A DNA stretch of 64,000 nucleotides from Octopus bimaculoides (GCF_001194135.2 NC_068991.1:47673555-47737554); one strand, 5' to 3'. Positions 27,801 through 42,800 are shown, counted from the stretch's first letter. Translations and numbers: made by a program. Notes: generated by a model not told the origin, from the letters alone.

Positions 27801-30800
27801 CCGTTACACTCAAGGTCAGGTGATTAGAGATGGAGAAATATATAGGAGGTCATTTTAGGAGGTATATAATTTATTTGTGGCAAAAGGACCAAAAATTAAG
27901 AGCTCATGTTTATTCTGAAATTGTGCACTTAAAATCTATTTGTGTAATCTCTCACAAATTCATTATTATCTTTGGTGAATTTAAACAAACCTAATTTACC
28001 TCCAGTGACAGTGACCTAATTCAGCTTTGAGCCACATATATATATATATTGGCAATCTCTGAGAGAAAAATAAGCAGTCTTTCTCCTCAGCTATAGACAG
28101 CATTCTGCCATTTCACATACCCATTCACTAACAAGCTTCTTCTGCATGAACCTTGAACTTTTTATTGCCCTCCTTTCCTCCCATATCCTTATTGGCAGAC
28201 TACCTTTTGTCACTTCATTTAATACACCCAGTCATTATTCAGTTGTTATATCTATCATATCGTAGTGACCAGATGTGAGGCCTTACAAATTGTCAGAGAC
28301 TGGGGAAAAAAGGGATGGTGTGACAGCCATTCCTTTGACAAAGCCATTAGCAGTGAATATAAAGTGAAATGGTTCTAACTGCTGATAGAAACATAGCAGT
28401 CTTGGCAAAAATTCATGTTTGAGAAACAGAGAAAATAGTGTCAGAGATGCAATTAAAATGCAAAAATAGAAGCTCTTACAGAAAAGGTGACAACTGATAG
28501 GAGGCTTGACTTGATATGAGAATTCAAAAATGACAAAAGCAATTTATATAGGGGATTATCTTATGCATAAAAAGCCTTAGACTGAAAGAAAATGTATTTC
28601 AATGTTTTGAATATTTCAAAAGATAAATGGTATACCTAAAAAGTGTTCCCCCACCCTTCTAACTTTGTTTACCAATGATTTTCATAAAAATACATGTATT
28701 TTTTTTTTATGAAGTTTCCAAGAGATACATCTTAGATAGGGTACATAGTTGATGCTTTGGTATAAACTAACAAAATCTATATAACCCTAATGAATTAAAT
28801 GACAAATTTCTTTTTAAAATCTAAGGTATTATGTGAATGTCAACAGTATTTTAAAATATTTTATTTTTATTCATCAACAAATTTTAAAATAATAATAAAT
28901 AAATGAAGAAAAAAATTCTATAATTAAATCTAGGGAAAATTAAACAACTGAAAAGAAAACTGATGGAAAGGAGAAAATAGTATAAGTATTATAAACATGA
29001 AACAACATTTAATTAATTAATCATCCTCATCAGTTTTCTAATTTGAGAAATGATTAATAAACTTAATGCAGTTTCAACTTAAAATCTTGTGGAGACAGAA
29101 GGAGTATTTAAGGGTTTATAGATTGATAATAAATTTTGAATTTAAACTTTGTCAATTTATATATTTGAAGGAAAAATGTTTAAAGAATGAGGTATAGGGA
29201 TTAAAAGCATAAATTAAAACAAATAAAAAAAATAAATTATAAAAAAAAAAACTTTTAAAATTTCAAAGCAAAATGTAAATAACTAAAAACCAAACAAAAA
29301 AAACTATACTTTTTAACATTCCAACATTGACTATCATGCCTTCTCGAATCCCTTCTTCTATGTTTACAGTTTCGGCTGTAACTGCCTGATCAAGGTATTG
29401 CAATGACTTTTCGGCCTTTCTTAGCCTCCTCTCGGCATCAATCCGAGCCAAAATTTCTTCCTGAAATAAAAAAAGAAAAAGAAAGAAAATTAAAAAAAAA
29501 AAAAATAATGCAAGTTACAAGCATACACACACAAACATGTGCATGTATGCACACACACATGAACATATCAATGAATCCTGTGCAGAATTTACAATCATGA
29601 GTGTTTAGTTTTTTAATCAACTAAACTACAATGCTCATTAAAATAATATGCAACTGTTTGAATGTTTAAGAACAACTGAATCTTGATATAGTTTTTACAC
29701 CCATCATGAGTCTCCTATGAATGTTGCAGATACAATTTTTCTTTTGCAAATACTGGACATACTTGAATGCATGAGATCATGAATATTTTGATACAGTTCA
29801 CCTCTGATTTGTTTTTGATGACCTTTGACCAATAGTAGCCTTGCTTCTTCAATTTGAATATGCTGATAGTGGTGATGGTGGTGGTGCCCTAAAGAACGGT
29901 ATTGATGAAGATAGTTTTGATCAGTGTTTCTCAACCATCTTTTTTATCTATGAATCCCTTTGATTCCTATTTTCCTCAAATGGACCCTTCTAGCCATTCC
30001 GAGTCTAAAAAATCATATATTTTTATAGTTAGATATTATTTGGAATTACTCTTTTACTCTTTTACTTGTTTCAGTCATTTGACTGTGGCCATGCTGGAGC
30101 ACTGCCTTTAGTTGAGCAAATCGACCCCAGGACTTATTCTTTGGAAGCCTAGTACTTATTCTATCGGTCACTTTTGCCAAACTTCTAAGTTACGGGGACG
30201 TAAACACACCAGCATTGGTTGTCAAGCGATGTTGGGGGGACAAACACAGACACACAAACATATATATATATATATATATATACATATATACGACGGGCTT
30301 CTTTCAGTTTCCATCTACCAAATCCACTCACAAGGCTTTGGTTGGCCTGAGGCTATAGTAGAAGACACTTGCCCAAGGTGCCACGCAGTGGGACTGAACC
30401 CAGAACCATGTGGTTGGTAAGCAAGGTACTTACCATACAGCCACTCCTACGCCTATAAAAAAAAAATATTTTGTGTATTGTAGAAGTATAAGTAATTTAT
30501 TGCAGATAAATTTTGACAATAAAATTTTATACGGACCCCCAAGGGCCATATGAACTCCTGAGGGTCATACGAATCCAAAGACCATATCAACCCCGGTTGA
30601 GAACCACTGGTTTAGATGATGCTGAAGAAGGTAAAGGTGGTGATGGTGGTTATCCATGACTGATAAAGACAACACATTGTAAATAGTGATATATTGTAAT
30701 GGTGATGATAGTATTAACGAGCAAAGGAGGAGGGTGAAGATGACATTAGTATCAGAGAAGATAAAAGTGGTGGGTGTGAGTAACAGTTTTTCAAAGATGG

Positions 30801-33800
30801 AAAGAGTTAAAGAACTACTTACCCTAAGTTCAGATTCTGTCAATTCTTTCTGTGCATTTAAATCCTGATAAAGACAAAAGACATTTTAAAAAATCAATGA
30901 AAATTATCCATTGGTGTATGAGAGAACATTTATTTATCTTGGTGTTGTACAATGAATAAGTCAGTTATTTGACCATTGTTGTAGTTGTTGTTTATAATCC
31001 CTGTTCAAAACTTGAGACAGCACATGATCAAAATGTGTTTCATCTGTGAATATATCTTTCTTTTTATGACATAGTATTTCTAGAACTACATTATTCAATG
31101 TATCAATTCTTTTTCTTTTTAAGAGGAGTAAAGTGTGATTTCACTGACACTTGTTTGTTATTTCTAGCGTACCAAATGACTGCATACAAGCTCCTCTGTT
31201 GATGTATTGCTGATATTTTGGAATAAAAGGTATCTAACAAAACATTGTAAACTAGTCCTATTATAAGTGACTCACAACAAGTCACCAGTCAGTCCTATTA
31301 CAGATGGCTAACAAGTCAATCACAAATCTTATTACAGGTCATCAGTCAATCCTATAACAATTGACTAACAAGTCATCAGTCAGTCCTATTACAGGTGACT
31401 AATAAGTCATTTAACAATCTTATTACAGTTGCCTAACAATAAGTCATTAGTCAATCTTATTACAGTTAATAATAAGTCATCAGTCAGTTCTATTGCAGGA
31501 GATTAACAAGTCATCCATCAATTCTGTTAAAAGCAAAGTTGACCGTGACAAGATTTGAACTTAGAGGACAAAGAGGCAGAACAAATATCACAAGGCATTT
31601 TGATCTATGCTAACAAATCACTGCAGTATATAAATTAATAACCAGATCTATGATAGACATATATAAAGATATAGATGGGTAGGGAGGTAGCTGTATGATA
31701 GACACATGTAGATATATAGGTAGACAGCTCTATGAGAGATACATGGTGAGATAGTAAAGGTAGGTAGGTAGATGTATAAGCAGGGAGATAGTAGAGAGAC
31801 AGGAGGGCAATTACTTTGTGATACAAAATCCATTGAAAGAGAACATTCTAAATGTGAGAAAGCTTGGACCTTACCAAAATAGTAGCTTGCATTGAGTGAG
31901 CTTGGTCACTGAAATATTCCTTTTCAGCTTTCAACTGAGAAGTTCGTTCATCATTTTCAGACAATCTGAAATAACAGCAATGATGACAATGACATCAACA
32001 ATGACAATAACAACAACAATAACAACAACAATATCTTCTTTTGACGAAAGGCACAAGACCTGAAATTTTAGGGGAGGAAGCTCGTCAATTACATTAGCCC
32101 CAGTAGTCAACTGGTACTTGTTTTATTGATTCCCATAAGGATGAACAGCAGAGATGACCTTGGCAGCATTTGAATTCAGAAAGTAAAAGCTGGAAGAAAT
32201 GCTGCTAAGCATTTTGTCCAACATGCAAATAATTCTGCCAGCAGAATTATTATCTTAATCATCATCATCATCATCATCATCGTTTAACGTCCGCTTTCCA
32301 TGCTAGCATGGGTTGGACGATTTGACTGAGGACTGGTGAAACTGGATGGCAACACCAGGCTCCAATCTGATTTGGCAGAGTTTCTACAGCTGGATGCCCT
32401 TCCTAACGCCAACCACTCAAAGAGTGTAGTGGGTGCTTTTATGTGTCACCCACACGAAGGCCAGTCAGGCGGTACTGGCAACGGCCACGCTCAAAACGGT
32501 GTATTTTATGTGCCACCCGCACAAGAGCCAGTCCAGGGGCACTGGCAACGATCTCACTCGAAAATCCTACGANNNNNNNNNNCAACACCAGGCTCCAATC
32601 TGATTTGGCAGAGTTTCTACAGCTGGATGCCCTTCCTAACGCCAACCACTCAAAGAGTGTAGTGGGTGCTTTTATGTGTCACCCACACGAAGGCCAGTCA
32701 GGCGGTACTGGCAACGGCCACGCTCAAAACGGTGTATTTTATGTGCCACCCGCACAAGAGCCAGTCCAGGGGCACTGGCAACGATCTCACTCGAAAATCC
32801 TACGAAGGCCAGTCAGGCGGTACTGGCAATGGCCACGCTCAAAATGGTGTATTTTATTTAATGTCAACAGCAATAATGATATCCAGCTAATGATGAAACA
32901 TCTACATCAGTCATGGGTAAACTGTGGCCCATGAGACTTTCTGAATGACATAAAATAAAATAAATGTGCCCTTTTAAAGCCTAGCCAGGCTCATGGGCCC
33001 GGTTTCCCGATTTCAATGGCGTATGTGTTCCCCAGCTGGACAGGACGCCAGTCCATCGCAGCGTTACTCATTTTTGCCAGCTGAGTGGACTGGAGCAATG
33101 TGAAATGAAGTGTTTTGCTCAAGAACACAACGCGTTGCCCGGTCCAGGAATCGAAACCACAATCTTACGGTCATGATGCTGACACCTTAACCACTAAGCC
33201 ACGCACCTCCACTCTGAATGACATGCATAACGAAAAATTATTTTGAATTTTTTCAGTAGTGCAGTCCACCTCATGATGAACCATGTGGTCTGCTTCTCAA
33301 AAAAGGTTGCCCATGCCTGAGCAACATGGTTGTTTGTCCTGCAAAAAGTGGCAATAAAGTCTCTTTTAAATCAGACACTAGATCTTAAAAAAGGGAAAGG
33401 CATACCAGATGATGCAGTTCTTGATGTACAAAAAGAGACAGTAAGCACAATCATTGTTGAAAAGCTTTTGATCATAACTCAGCCCGATCAGCACTGACCT
33501 AGGGCTAAAGAACTACAACAGCAACAACAACAGTAGTTGTAGTAGTAATGCCAACATCACCATGGAACATCTGACAGGAAGAAAATGTTTTGGATCTTTC
33601 TGATTTGGCAGCTGCCATTCTTTATTTATGTTTTATTTAGTGTGTTTTCTACCGAAACACTTTAAAACTTCGAATACTTGTATATTTTGTGTTATAGAAC
33701 AGAGAAAAATTTTTATATTCGAAGTTATTTCATATTAAAAGTTGTCATATTTTGGTAATTTTACTACTAACCCTAACTCTAAAACCTTAACCCTAACCCT

Positions 33801-36800
33801 AAAACTAAAACCAGTACAAACGCACAAACAATGTCATAAATAACAGTACCGCCGATAGTTGTTGACAAACAACGGCACTAATTTTATTCAAGGGAAAAGA
33901 TCCCATTACACCGGTAGAACGTGTTGCTTACATTCCACAGCAGTAATTGTTTTCATCTCAATAGACGTCAGTGATTGGTTGAAATTACCGAAATAGGACA
34001 ATTTTAACACGAAACAACTTTTAAAAAGACAAAATTTTCTCAATAACACTAAGAGTAAAAGATGTTTTATATGACACATTCTACCAGTGTCCCAAGTTTG
34101 AAAATGTTTCATTAAGAAAACAAGTGGCGCCTGTCAAATCAGAAAGATCCAATGTTTTAAATTAAAATTCAGGAAATAAACCATGTTTATTTTTCTATTT
34201 TGTTTACGTAGTGGCATGGAGTCTCAGATTTAGAGAAAGAGTCCATACATTGTTGGAGCATTAATGCTGTTCTTAATGAGAAACAAAACCTTTTATCTTT
34301 TTAACTGACAGTAGTGGTGGATCTCCATTGTTTGATGATGAGGATTCAGTTGTTCAGTCAACTGAATTATCTGCTTCTGAATTAACGTGTAAGTGGCTGA
34401 ATATTCCAACAGACATGTGTACCTTTTGAATTATAGGTACAATCCACCTAATGGGCCATCTACAGTTAATGTTTACCCAGTTTCACTAACAAAGTATAGA
34501 CTGACTTGAGGCTATAGAAAATGACATTTGCTAAAGATGTCTTGCAATGGGATTGAACCTGGGTTCTTGTTGCAAAGTGAACTGTTTAACCATTCAGCCA
34601 AGCTGCATCTACTCCATTTGAAAGTATAACACAAAATGGGGTGGAAGGGGCAGATAACTCTAAAATAAGCAATGTAAATTGGACTTACTCATCTACCTAT
34701 CAGTCTATCATACATACACACTTGCATGCATGCACACAGTCATGTTCTTAACTTTGTCACAAGTCTTTCTCTTCTTCCTTTCCATTCTTTTATCAGTCTC
34801 TCTCTGTCTCTTTCTTGTTTGCTTTCTCTAGTTTTACTATTTAATTCTTTCACCCATCAAAATTTTTTCTACCTTTAAAGAGGAGGAAGAGAAAGGGGAA
34901 AGGAGCATATTCCTGATGATGTGAAGAGATATTAACATTAGAGGGACTGGGGAGAGAGAGAGAGAGAGGGGGAGAGAGAGATGGAGAGAGAAATAGGGAC
35001 ATGAGAGCAGCAAAGAGAAGAAAATAAGATAAATAGAGAGAGGAGAGACAGACAGAGAAGCAGAAGGGAGTAATAGAGAGAAGGAAGGAAGATAAATGGA
35101 GGCAAGAACAATAGACAGAGGAAGGAGTATAGAGAAGGAAGGGAAAGTGGGAGGAGAGAGACAGGGAGGAAAGAAAGAGGGAGAGATAGATAAAGAGTGA
35201 AGCAGGATAACTGAAAAGAAAGTATGAGAGATAGAGGGAGGGAGGAAGGGAGAGAGGGTATTAGAGAAATTCTTTGCTACAAGCAGCAGAGGTAACAGCT
35301 TCCTACACTTATTTTCCCCTGTTTTTACCTTAGCTGCACTGTTTTCTCTAGAAGTTACCCCACACTAATTACGTAATCTGTGTAACAGAACTTCTCTGTA
35401 AACATGTAACAAAAATAAACAGTTACATTTGAAAACAACTGAAAACAATGTAAAAACAAAAGGCCCAATTATGTCTCTTACTGTTTCTCTGCTTCTGCTT
35501 TCTCATATAAGAGTTCTTTAGTTTTCAGTTCTATAGTTCCTAGGGTATGCCGAAGGTTTGCTGTGGTCTGTGCCAATGTCTCGTTTTTCTTTGATAATGT
35601 CTCAGTCTCTCCTTCTTTCTCTTTTAAAGCTGTTAGAATTTTCTCTCTTTCGGATGCCAATATCTGAAAAGAAGTTGAAAGATAAGAATTTGTGAAAATG
35701 AATGAATAGTTCAGAAGAAATTCATAACACCACAGGCTTCCCTTCCTAAATTGAGCCAGCGGGGCTTGACCAAGGAGACAGTGAAAAGCCTGAGGGTATG
35801 ATTTCTCGTTCTATGACGGTAGGCTCCAGATCTGGGATGCCATGTGCTGTAACACCTTCTCCAGTGGCAACATGGTGTGTTCAGCTTACTAGTCCAGACT
35901 CTGCTGCTAGTCAGACTGAGAAAAACAAACTGTCAAGATATCAGTCGCTGTCTGACAGGTACAGAAATACTTCACTTTACAAGCTTTATTTTTCAAGCAC
36001 AAGATCCAAATTTTGAACAAAGTGCAAAAGTTTCTACTACCATAACAAATGCTTCTGCATGCAACAGAGATTTATAGAGAGCAGAAAAAAGGCTTCTCCT
36101 AAGCAAACAACTCTAGGCTTGTTTTTTTAAAAAGAAATCTACAAGTCTGTCTATGAGTGCTTATAAATCGATGATCATGTCTACAAGTGATGGTGTGCAC
36201 AAGTCTAGTGTGAGTGAAAGTGATTCAGAAAACGATTATGATAGTAATATTTCTTATTATAAACGATCTTGACATTCTTTTCACTTTACATAATATATTC
36301 TTTACATTCTACTGTGGTTTTATTGCCATTTATTTATGAGTATTAGAAGTTTTATAAGTAAAATATCTTTCTGGGAATGAATTATGATTTATAACATTGT
36401 TACTATGAGAAGTTATTGCTCTGCTTTATGAGTTTTTGATTTATAAGCAGTCTCCGAGAACAAGATAACTTGTATATCGAGGCATTACAGTATATGGTTG
36501 AGCCTATGGCAGTGGAAGACCATCCCATCTCTTTCCTATGTGGAGGCAACTCAAGCCCACTTTATCTAATATGTTTTTTTCTAAAATGGTTTGATGTAAC
36601 AAATCAAGTGACCATGAAGTTATTTCAGCTTGCCTTGAATATGTGATAGTTTTCATGCTTTGACAACTGTATTTCTGTTGAAATACACTGCCTTTGCTGT
36701 ACATAATTTTGAAGATAATGAATAATTTAGGAAAATAATCTAATCATTATTAAGCTAGTGTCTGGAATTGAAATTAACATAGAATTTTGATGGAAGGTCT

Positions 36801-39800
36801 TAATTTAGATACTTTAAAACAGGAAGTTTGTAGAAACAGGGTTGGGTTCAGTTAGGCAGGTATCAAAAGGTTTAAACCAAGGAGCATGCTAGGGTCTAGG
36901 GGAGTAGTTCTGAACAGGGGTCCATATAAGGTTTTGGGGGATCCATGGAAGCAAAATAGTAAATTAGGGATCCATAGTAGTATTGTAAAGGTCCATGGAA
37001 AAACTTGGTTTAGATGTATTTATTGGAAGAAACAGCTAAGTTTTTCTCTCTAATGTTTTACATAGTTCAAACTATGTAAGTTAATGTGTGAATAACAAAA
37101 CGAAATAAGTATATTTAGAAAGAAGTATCTAGAAAACTAATTTGTAAACATTGAATGTCTATGGAAGCCCACAAGAATAAAATAGTAATGAAAGGTGTCC
37201 ATAGATGAAAAATGGTTGAGAAATACTAGTCTAGGAGATGTTGTTGCTGTTGATTCCTGATCAAAGGCATTTCAGCCAAGACCATTCCGTTCTTCTTCAG
37301 ATGGCATATCTAAGATTGTATTATCTATCCTGTCCTTCCTTTGAATGATATTTCTTGCAGGTCAAGCAAGCATAACAAGGAGCCTTTCTGTGGCTGCTCA
37401 ACTTGTTAGTAACAATAACCAAATCTCCCTCAGCTTACATGTTGTACCGTATTAGAAAAAGGAAGGACACATTGGAACATGTGGTTCTGGATACTCCTGA
37501 AAAAGACAGGACATTCACAAGTAGAATGTCTTTGACAATGGGTCTACCTGATTGGGGCTAAACCAGGGTTAAACCACTACATCAATAACATAGAGATCTC
37601 CGTTAGGCCCTGGTCAAGCGACTACGTAGAAGGCATTTAATTGGTCAGATATACAACCAATAAGAAGACACAGACGCTGATTTAATCAACCAAATTCTTT
37701 CTTTCCCTCCTTCCTTTGGCCTTCTTCCTAACCAAAACAAATCTTTGTTGTAAACAAGGAAAAAAGAAAAAAAAAAGTCAACAACCAAAAACAGTGATGG
37801 GAACTATAAAAAGAAAAGTAAAACAATATACAAGATGAAGTTTGGCACACTTCCATATTCTGTCTGTCTGTCTGTCTCTCTCTTGCTATCTCTTTCTTTT
37901 CTCCAAAGAGAACATGATGAAATAATGTAATGTTGATAGTGTATGTGTGTGTGTACATGCATTCACTATAGCCAGCATACCTTCAAACTGAGAGAGGGGG
38001 AAGAGAGAGAGAGGGAAAGAAGTGTGAGGTGGAGCAAGAGAGAGAAGGGAATGAAAAGGGAGATGGAAGTGGAGAGAGAGAGAGAGAGAGAGAGAGTGAG
38101 AGAAAAGAGACAGGTGGGAGATGGAAAGACAGCATAAAAGATAAGGAGAGGAAGAGAGGGAAGTGGTAGGTGAGAGAGAAAAGGAAGTGAGAGTAAGAGA
38201 AGAATGGAGAGAAAAGAAAAACAAGTACAAAAACTCTCAAAAAATATAGAAGCAGAGTACTAGGTCTGTTCTTTCATAGCTGCATAGAAATTTTAATGCA
38301 TCAGAAAAAAAAAATTGTTGGAAAACCCAGGAACAAAAACCATAAAATTTTTCTGTTAATTAATTGTTAAAAGGTGGTGAAAATTGAAGTGTTTTGGTCA
38401 GGTAACACAAAATCACTGTCTGTAGCATATACGGTCATACATGGATGAACTCCAGGTAAAAAAAAAAGAGGAAAATAGGAAGACTACAAAGGAGAGGTTG
38501 AATAGAAAGGGAGGAAAATGAGGATGGCAGGTGATGGGAGACAGACAGTGAGTTGGGGAGCAAGTTGTATCTCTTGCTGTCTGCTTAGAGCCAGCCTAGA
38601 ATATGGATTTTGACTGATTGATAATAATATGATGAAGGAGGAAGAGAGAGAGATAAAAAGAAAGAGAGAGAGAAAAAAGAAAGAGAGAGAGAGAGAGAGA
38701 AAAAAAGAAAGAGAGAGAGAGACACACACACACACACACATACTGTGAGGGAATGTGTGTGTTCATGTGTTGTAAACAGGATATGCAATACACAATAAAT
38801 TTTTACATAACTACCTAATCTTTTCTTTTACCAAGGTATGAACGTGTAGGATAGATACCCCCCCCCCCACATGTATATATACACACACATACATATCAAA
38901 TATGGCTGTATGATTATGAAGTTCATTATGAAACCAGATAGCTTCGTGTCCAATCCTTCTGCCCAACACCTTCAAGAAGTGTCTTTTACTATAGCCCTGA
39001 GCCAACTAAAATACTGTGAGTGGATTTGGCTGACAGAATTCTGTTTTGTTTTGCGTGTGTGTGTGCACGTGCATGTGCACACATATTTGTGTCTCATTGT
39101 CATGACATTGTGCACTAAAGGCAAACAAGTGTCACCATTATACAACTGATGTCATTTACTTCCAGTATTCAATGAAAATATGTCCAATCATGTTTGAAGG
39201 ACTAAAGGAAATATTTCCTTAATTTGAGACAGATAAGGGTTGGCAACAGGAAGAGCATTAAGGCATAGCAAATCTGAGTTAACGAATTTCATCAGGCCCA
39301 TGCAAGCATGAAAAGTGGACTGTAAAACGATGACACTGATGATATTATATGGGAGTGGCTGTGCGGTAAGTAACTTGCTTACCAACCACATGGTTCCTGG
39401 TTCAGTTCCACTGCATGTCACCTTGGGCAAGTGTCCTCTGCTATAGACTCAGGCCGACCAAAGCCTTGTGAGTGGATTTGATAGACGGAAACTGAAAGAA
39501 GCCTGTTGTGTATATATATATGTGTGTGTGTGTGTGTTTGTCTCCCCACCATTGCTTGACAACCAATGCTGGCATGTCTACGTCCCTGTAACTTAGCGGT
39601 TTGGAAAAGAGGCCAATAGAATAAGTATAAGAGGCTGATAGAATATATATATATATATATATTCTAAGAGAGAGAAAGAAATTTCTAGACAAGAAATTTC
39701 AGGTATGGAATCAAAGGGCCTTAGAGTTAATTTAGCAAAGACCAAAGTCTTAATAAGTAGGAAAACAGACAAATCACAGGTCTCTTCAGAGAGACGACCA

Positions 39801-42800
39801 TGTTTGGTATGTAGAAAATGTGTCAGGAGAAACTCCATATGGTGTACCCAGTGCAAGCAATGGACACATAAGAGGTGCAGCAGTATCACAGGAAGGTTAA
39901 CAGAGAAAGTAGCCTTTGTGTGTGGCAGATGTGCAGGTGTAATAAACACTAGGAATGTGTAAAAAATAAACTTCCTCAAATGTCAGGGGGATCCTTAGAA
40001 GTAGTAGACAGTTTCTGTTACTTAGGTGATCAAGTTAGCAGTGGTGGAGGTTGTTTCAAAAGCATAGCTGCTAGAATAAGAATAGGCTGGGCAAAGTCCA
40101 GAGAGCTATTCTCTCTGTTAGTAATGAAAGGCCTCTCCCTCCGAGTGAAAGTAAGATTGTATGATACATGTGTATGAACAGCTATGCTACATGGCAGTGA
40201 GATGTGGGCTGTGACTACCGAAGATATGTGAAGGCTTGAAAGAAATGAAGCCATTATGGTCTGCTGGATGGGTAATATCAGTGTAAGTGATGTAAGAGAA
40301 AAACTGGATATACGAGGCCTCAGATGTAGAGTGCAAGAGAGAAGACTGTGCTGGTATGGTCATGTAATGCATATGAATGAAGACAGTTGTATCAACAGAT
40401 GCCAATCTCTAATTGTGGAAGGAATGTGTGGAAAGGGCAGACTCAGGAAGATGTGGGGCAAAGTGGTGAGAAAGGAACTACAGACATTAAGTCTCACAGA
40501 GGGGATGTCAGGAGACTGAGATTCCAGGTGGTTTGCAGTGCTTGAAAAGACATGCCAGGTTAAGTAAAATTGTGGTTGTCCTTGCATACAGGCACATCCC
40601 CTGCATCCTTCTTCAGCTGAGCATTCCTAATCCTGTGGGCTTGTGGGTGCTGGTGCCAGATAAAAAGCACCCATACTGATGTCATGTAAAAGCACCAGTG
40701 CCAGTGCTGCATAAAAGCACTCAGTACACTTTGTAAAGTGGTTGGTGTTAGGAAGAGCATCCAACCATAGAAACCAAGCTAAAACAGATAAGGAACCCGG
40801 CAGTTCTTTCATTGATCCTAGTAAATTGACTGATAATTGTTTATTTTATTAGCTATAATGGTGGCAGGTGTGGCTGTCATCATCATCGTAGTTGTTTAAC
40901 GTCAGCTTTCCATGCTGGCATGGGTTGGACGGTTTGACTGAGGACTGGTGAGCCAGAAGGCTGCACCAGGCTCAATCTGATCTGGTGAAGTTTCTACAGC
41001 TGGATGCCCTTCCTAATGCCATATTTCTGCAGTAGGCAACATTACTGGAAGGAAGAGAAGTTAGTTCTCTTATTAAAAGTATGACTTTATGTCTTTTGTG
41101 TTATGTATTGTTGTTGCTTCCTGTTATTGTTATCTATCCCCCAAATTAACCTAGATTAAGAAAACTATGCCCAAAGATGTTCTAGTGATGACTGTTGTAT
41201 CTTTTACAGAAAATTGCTCCCAAGATAGCAACTACAATTGCTCAAAGATGGTTAAAATTTGCAGGACATTGTAGGAGAAGTAAGCAGGAAGTTATACACA
41301 AGCTACTATTGCAGGAACCAACTCATGAGAGACACAGTAGAGGAAGACCTGCTGAAACAGTCACCAATCAACTCTCAGACGATACAAACCTCAGTAACAA
41401 GCAGTTGCCACAAGCAATGGGAAATCAAGAATTGTAGAGAAACTGTCAGAAATGTTTGACCATGGTCACAATGAATGAACAAACACTATACTGTCCAATG
41501 TGTTCTTCCAATTTCAAAAGGGAAGGGTCTGATTTGAGTGAGATTTGGTTACTGTCTCTAGCAAGTTGAGTATCCTCTTTGACTTGAGCTGCTGTTGTAG
41601 TATGAAGCTTGCTGTACTAAAGCAGAACAGCTGACATGCTAATTATAATTTCCTGTAATTTCTTATATACAAATCAGCTACTGGATAAAGTTGGTAAATC
41701 AATATTCAACTTTTATTGTATGAAGCTTGTTGTACTTAGGTACAATGGCTGACGTGCTAACTTATAATTTCTTATATATACCATAAGCCAGGTTATAAAG
41801 TTGGTAGGTCTGCACTCAACTTTTATTGCTTCACTTTCCATTGTTATCCACTCTGTTAATATTTGGGAAAGAAGCCAAGCGTAAATTTGTCCATACGAAC
41901 ATTAATGAAGCTGTTTAATTGAGCCCAATGTTTGAACAATATTGATTTCTTTCTTAGGTGTTGATATACATCTATGTGAGTGCATGTTTCTTTTGTCTGT
42001 GTGTGTGTGAGTTTGTGTGTGCATGTATAAAAAGCTGAGATTATAGTTCAATGACATAACCCCTTGTATATTACTGGTTAGGGTTACAGCTGGTTGGGTT
42101 TATTGTGGACTTGGTTGTATGCTCTATAGGTTTGTATCTTCAGCAACGGCACTGAACTTTATTTTTTTAACATACCATTCTTACTGAGTGGAAGCATGTG
42201 GTTTAATGGTTAGGGTGCTGTACCTGTGATCATAAGATTGTGGTTTTGATTCCTGGACATTGTGTTCTTGAGCAAAACACTTAATTTCACTCAGCTGATA
42301 AAAATGAGAGTAATCCTGCAACAGACCAGCATCCCATCCAGGTGGTGAATATATATGCCATGAAAACTAGGAAACTGACCTAAAAAGAAGAAAGGCAAAA
42401 TCTACTTTGGCAGAATTTGAACTCAGAATGTAAACATGGTGTCCAGTATGTTAACAATTCTGCTAGCTCATCACTTTGATGATGATGATGTAATAATAAT
42501 CCTTTCTGCTATAGGAATAAGGCCTGGAATTTAGGTGGGAAGGGACTAGCCAATTACATCGACTCCAGTGTCCAATTATTTTATCAACCCCAAAAGAATG
42601 AAAGGCAAAGTCAACTTCAGTGGAATTTGAACTCAGAACATAAAGCCAGAAGAAATATCATTAAGGATTTTATCCAGTGCAGTAGCAATTCTGCCAGCTT
42701 AACTGCCTTAATGATAATAAGCTTATTGTATACAGTGCTCAGGTGTACTACAACTCAGAAACAGAAAGCAGAAGAATAAATCAGTTAAAGAAAGACAGCA

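Noticed and set aside
29704-29934. Minus ORF with His run; alternative frame LKKQGYYWSKV reminiscent of Gypsy integrase
   Set aside because: His run derives from (GGT/GAT)n; the motif is too short and has no supporting neighbours.
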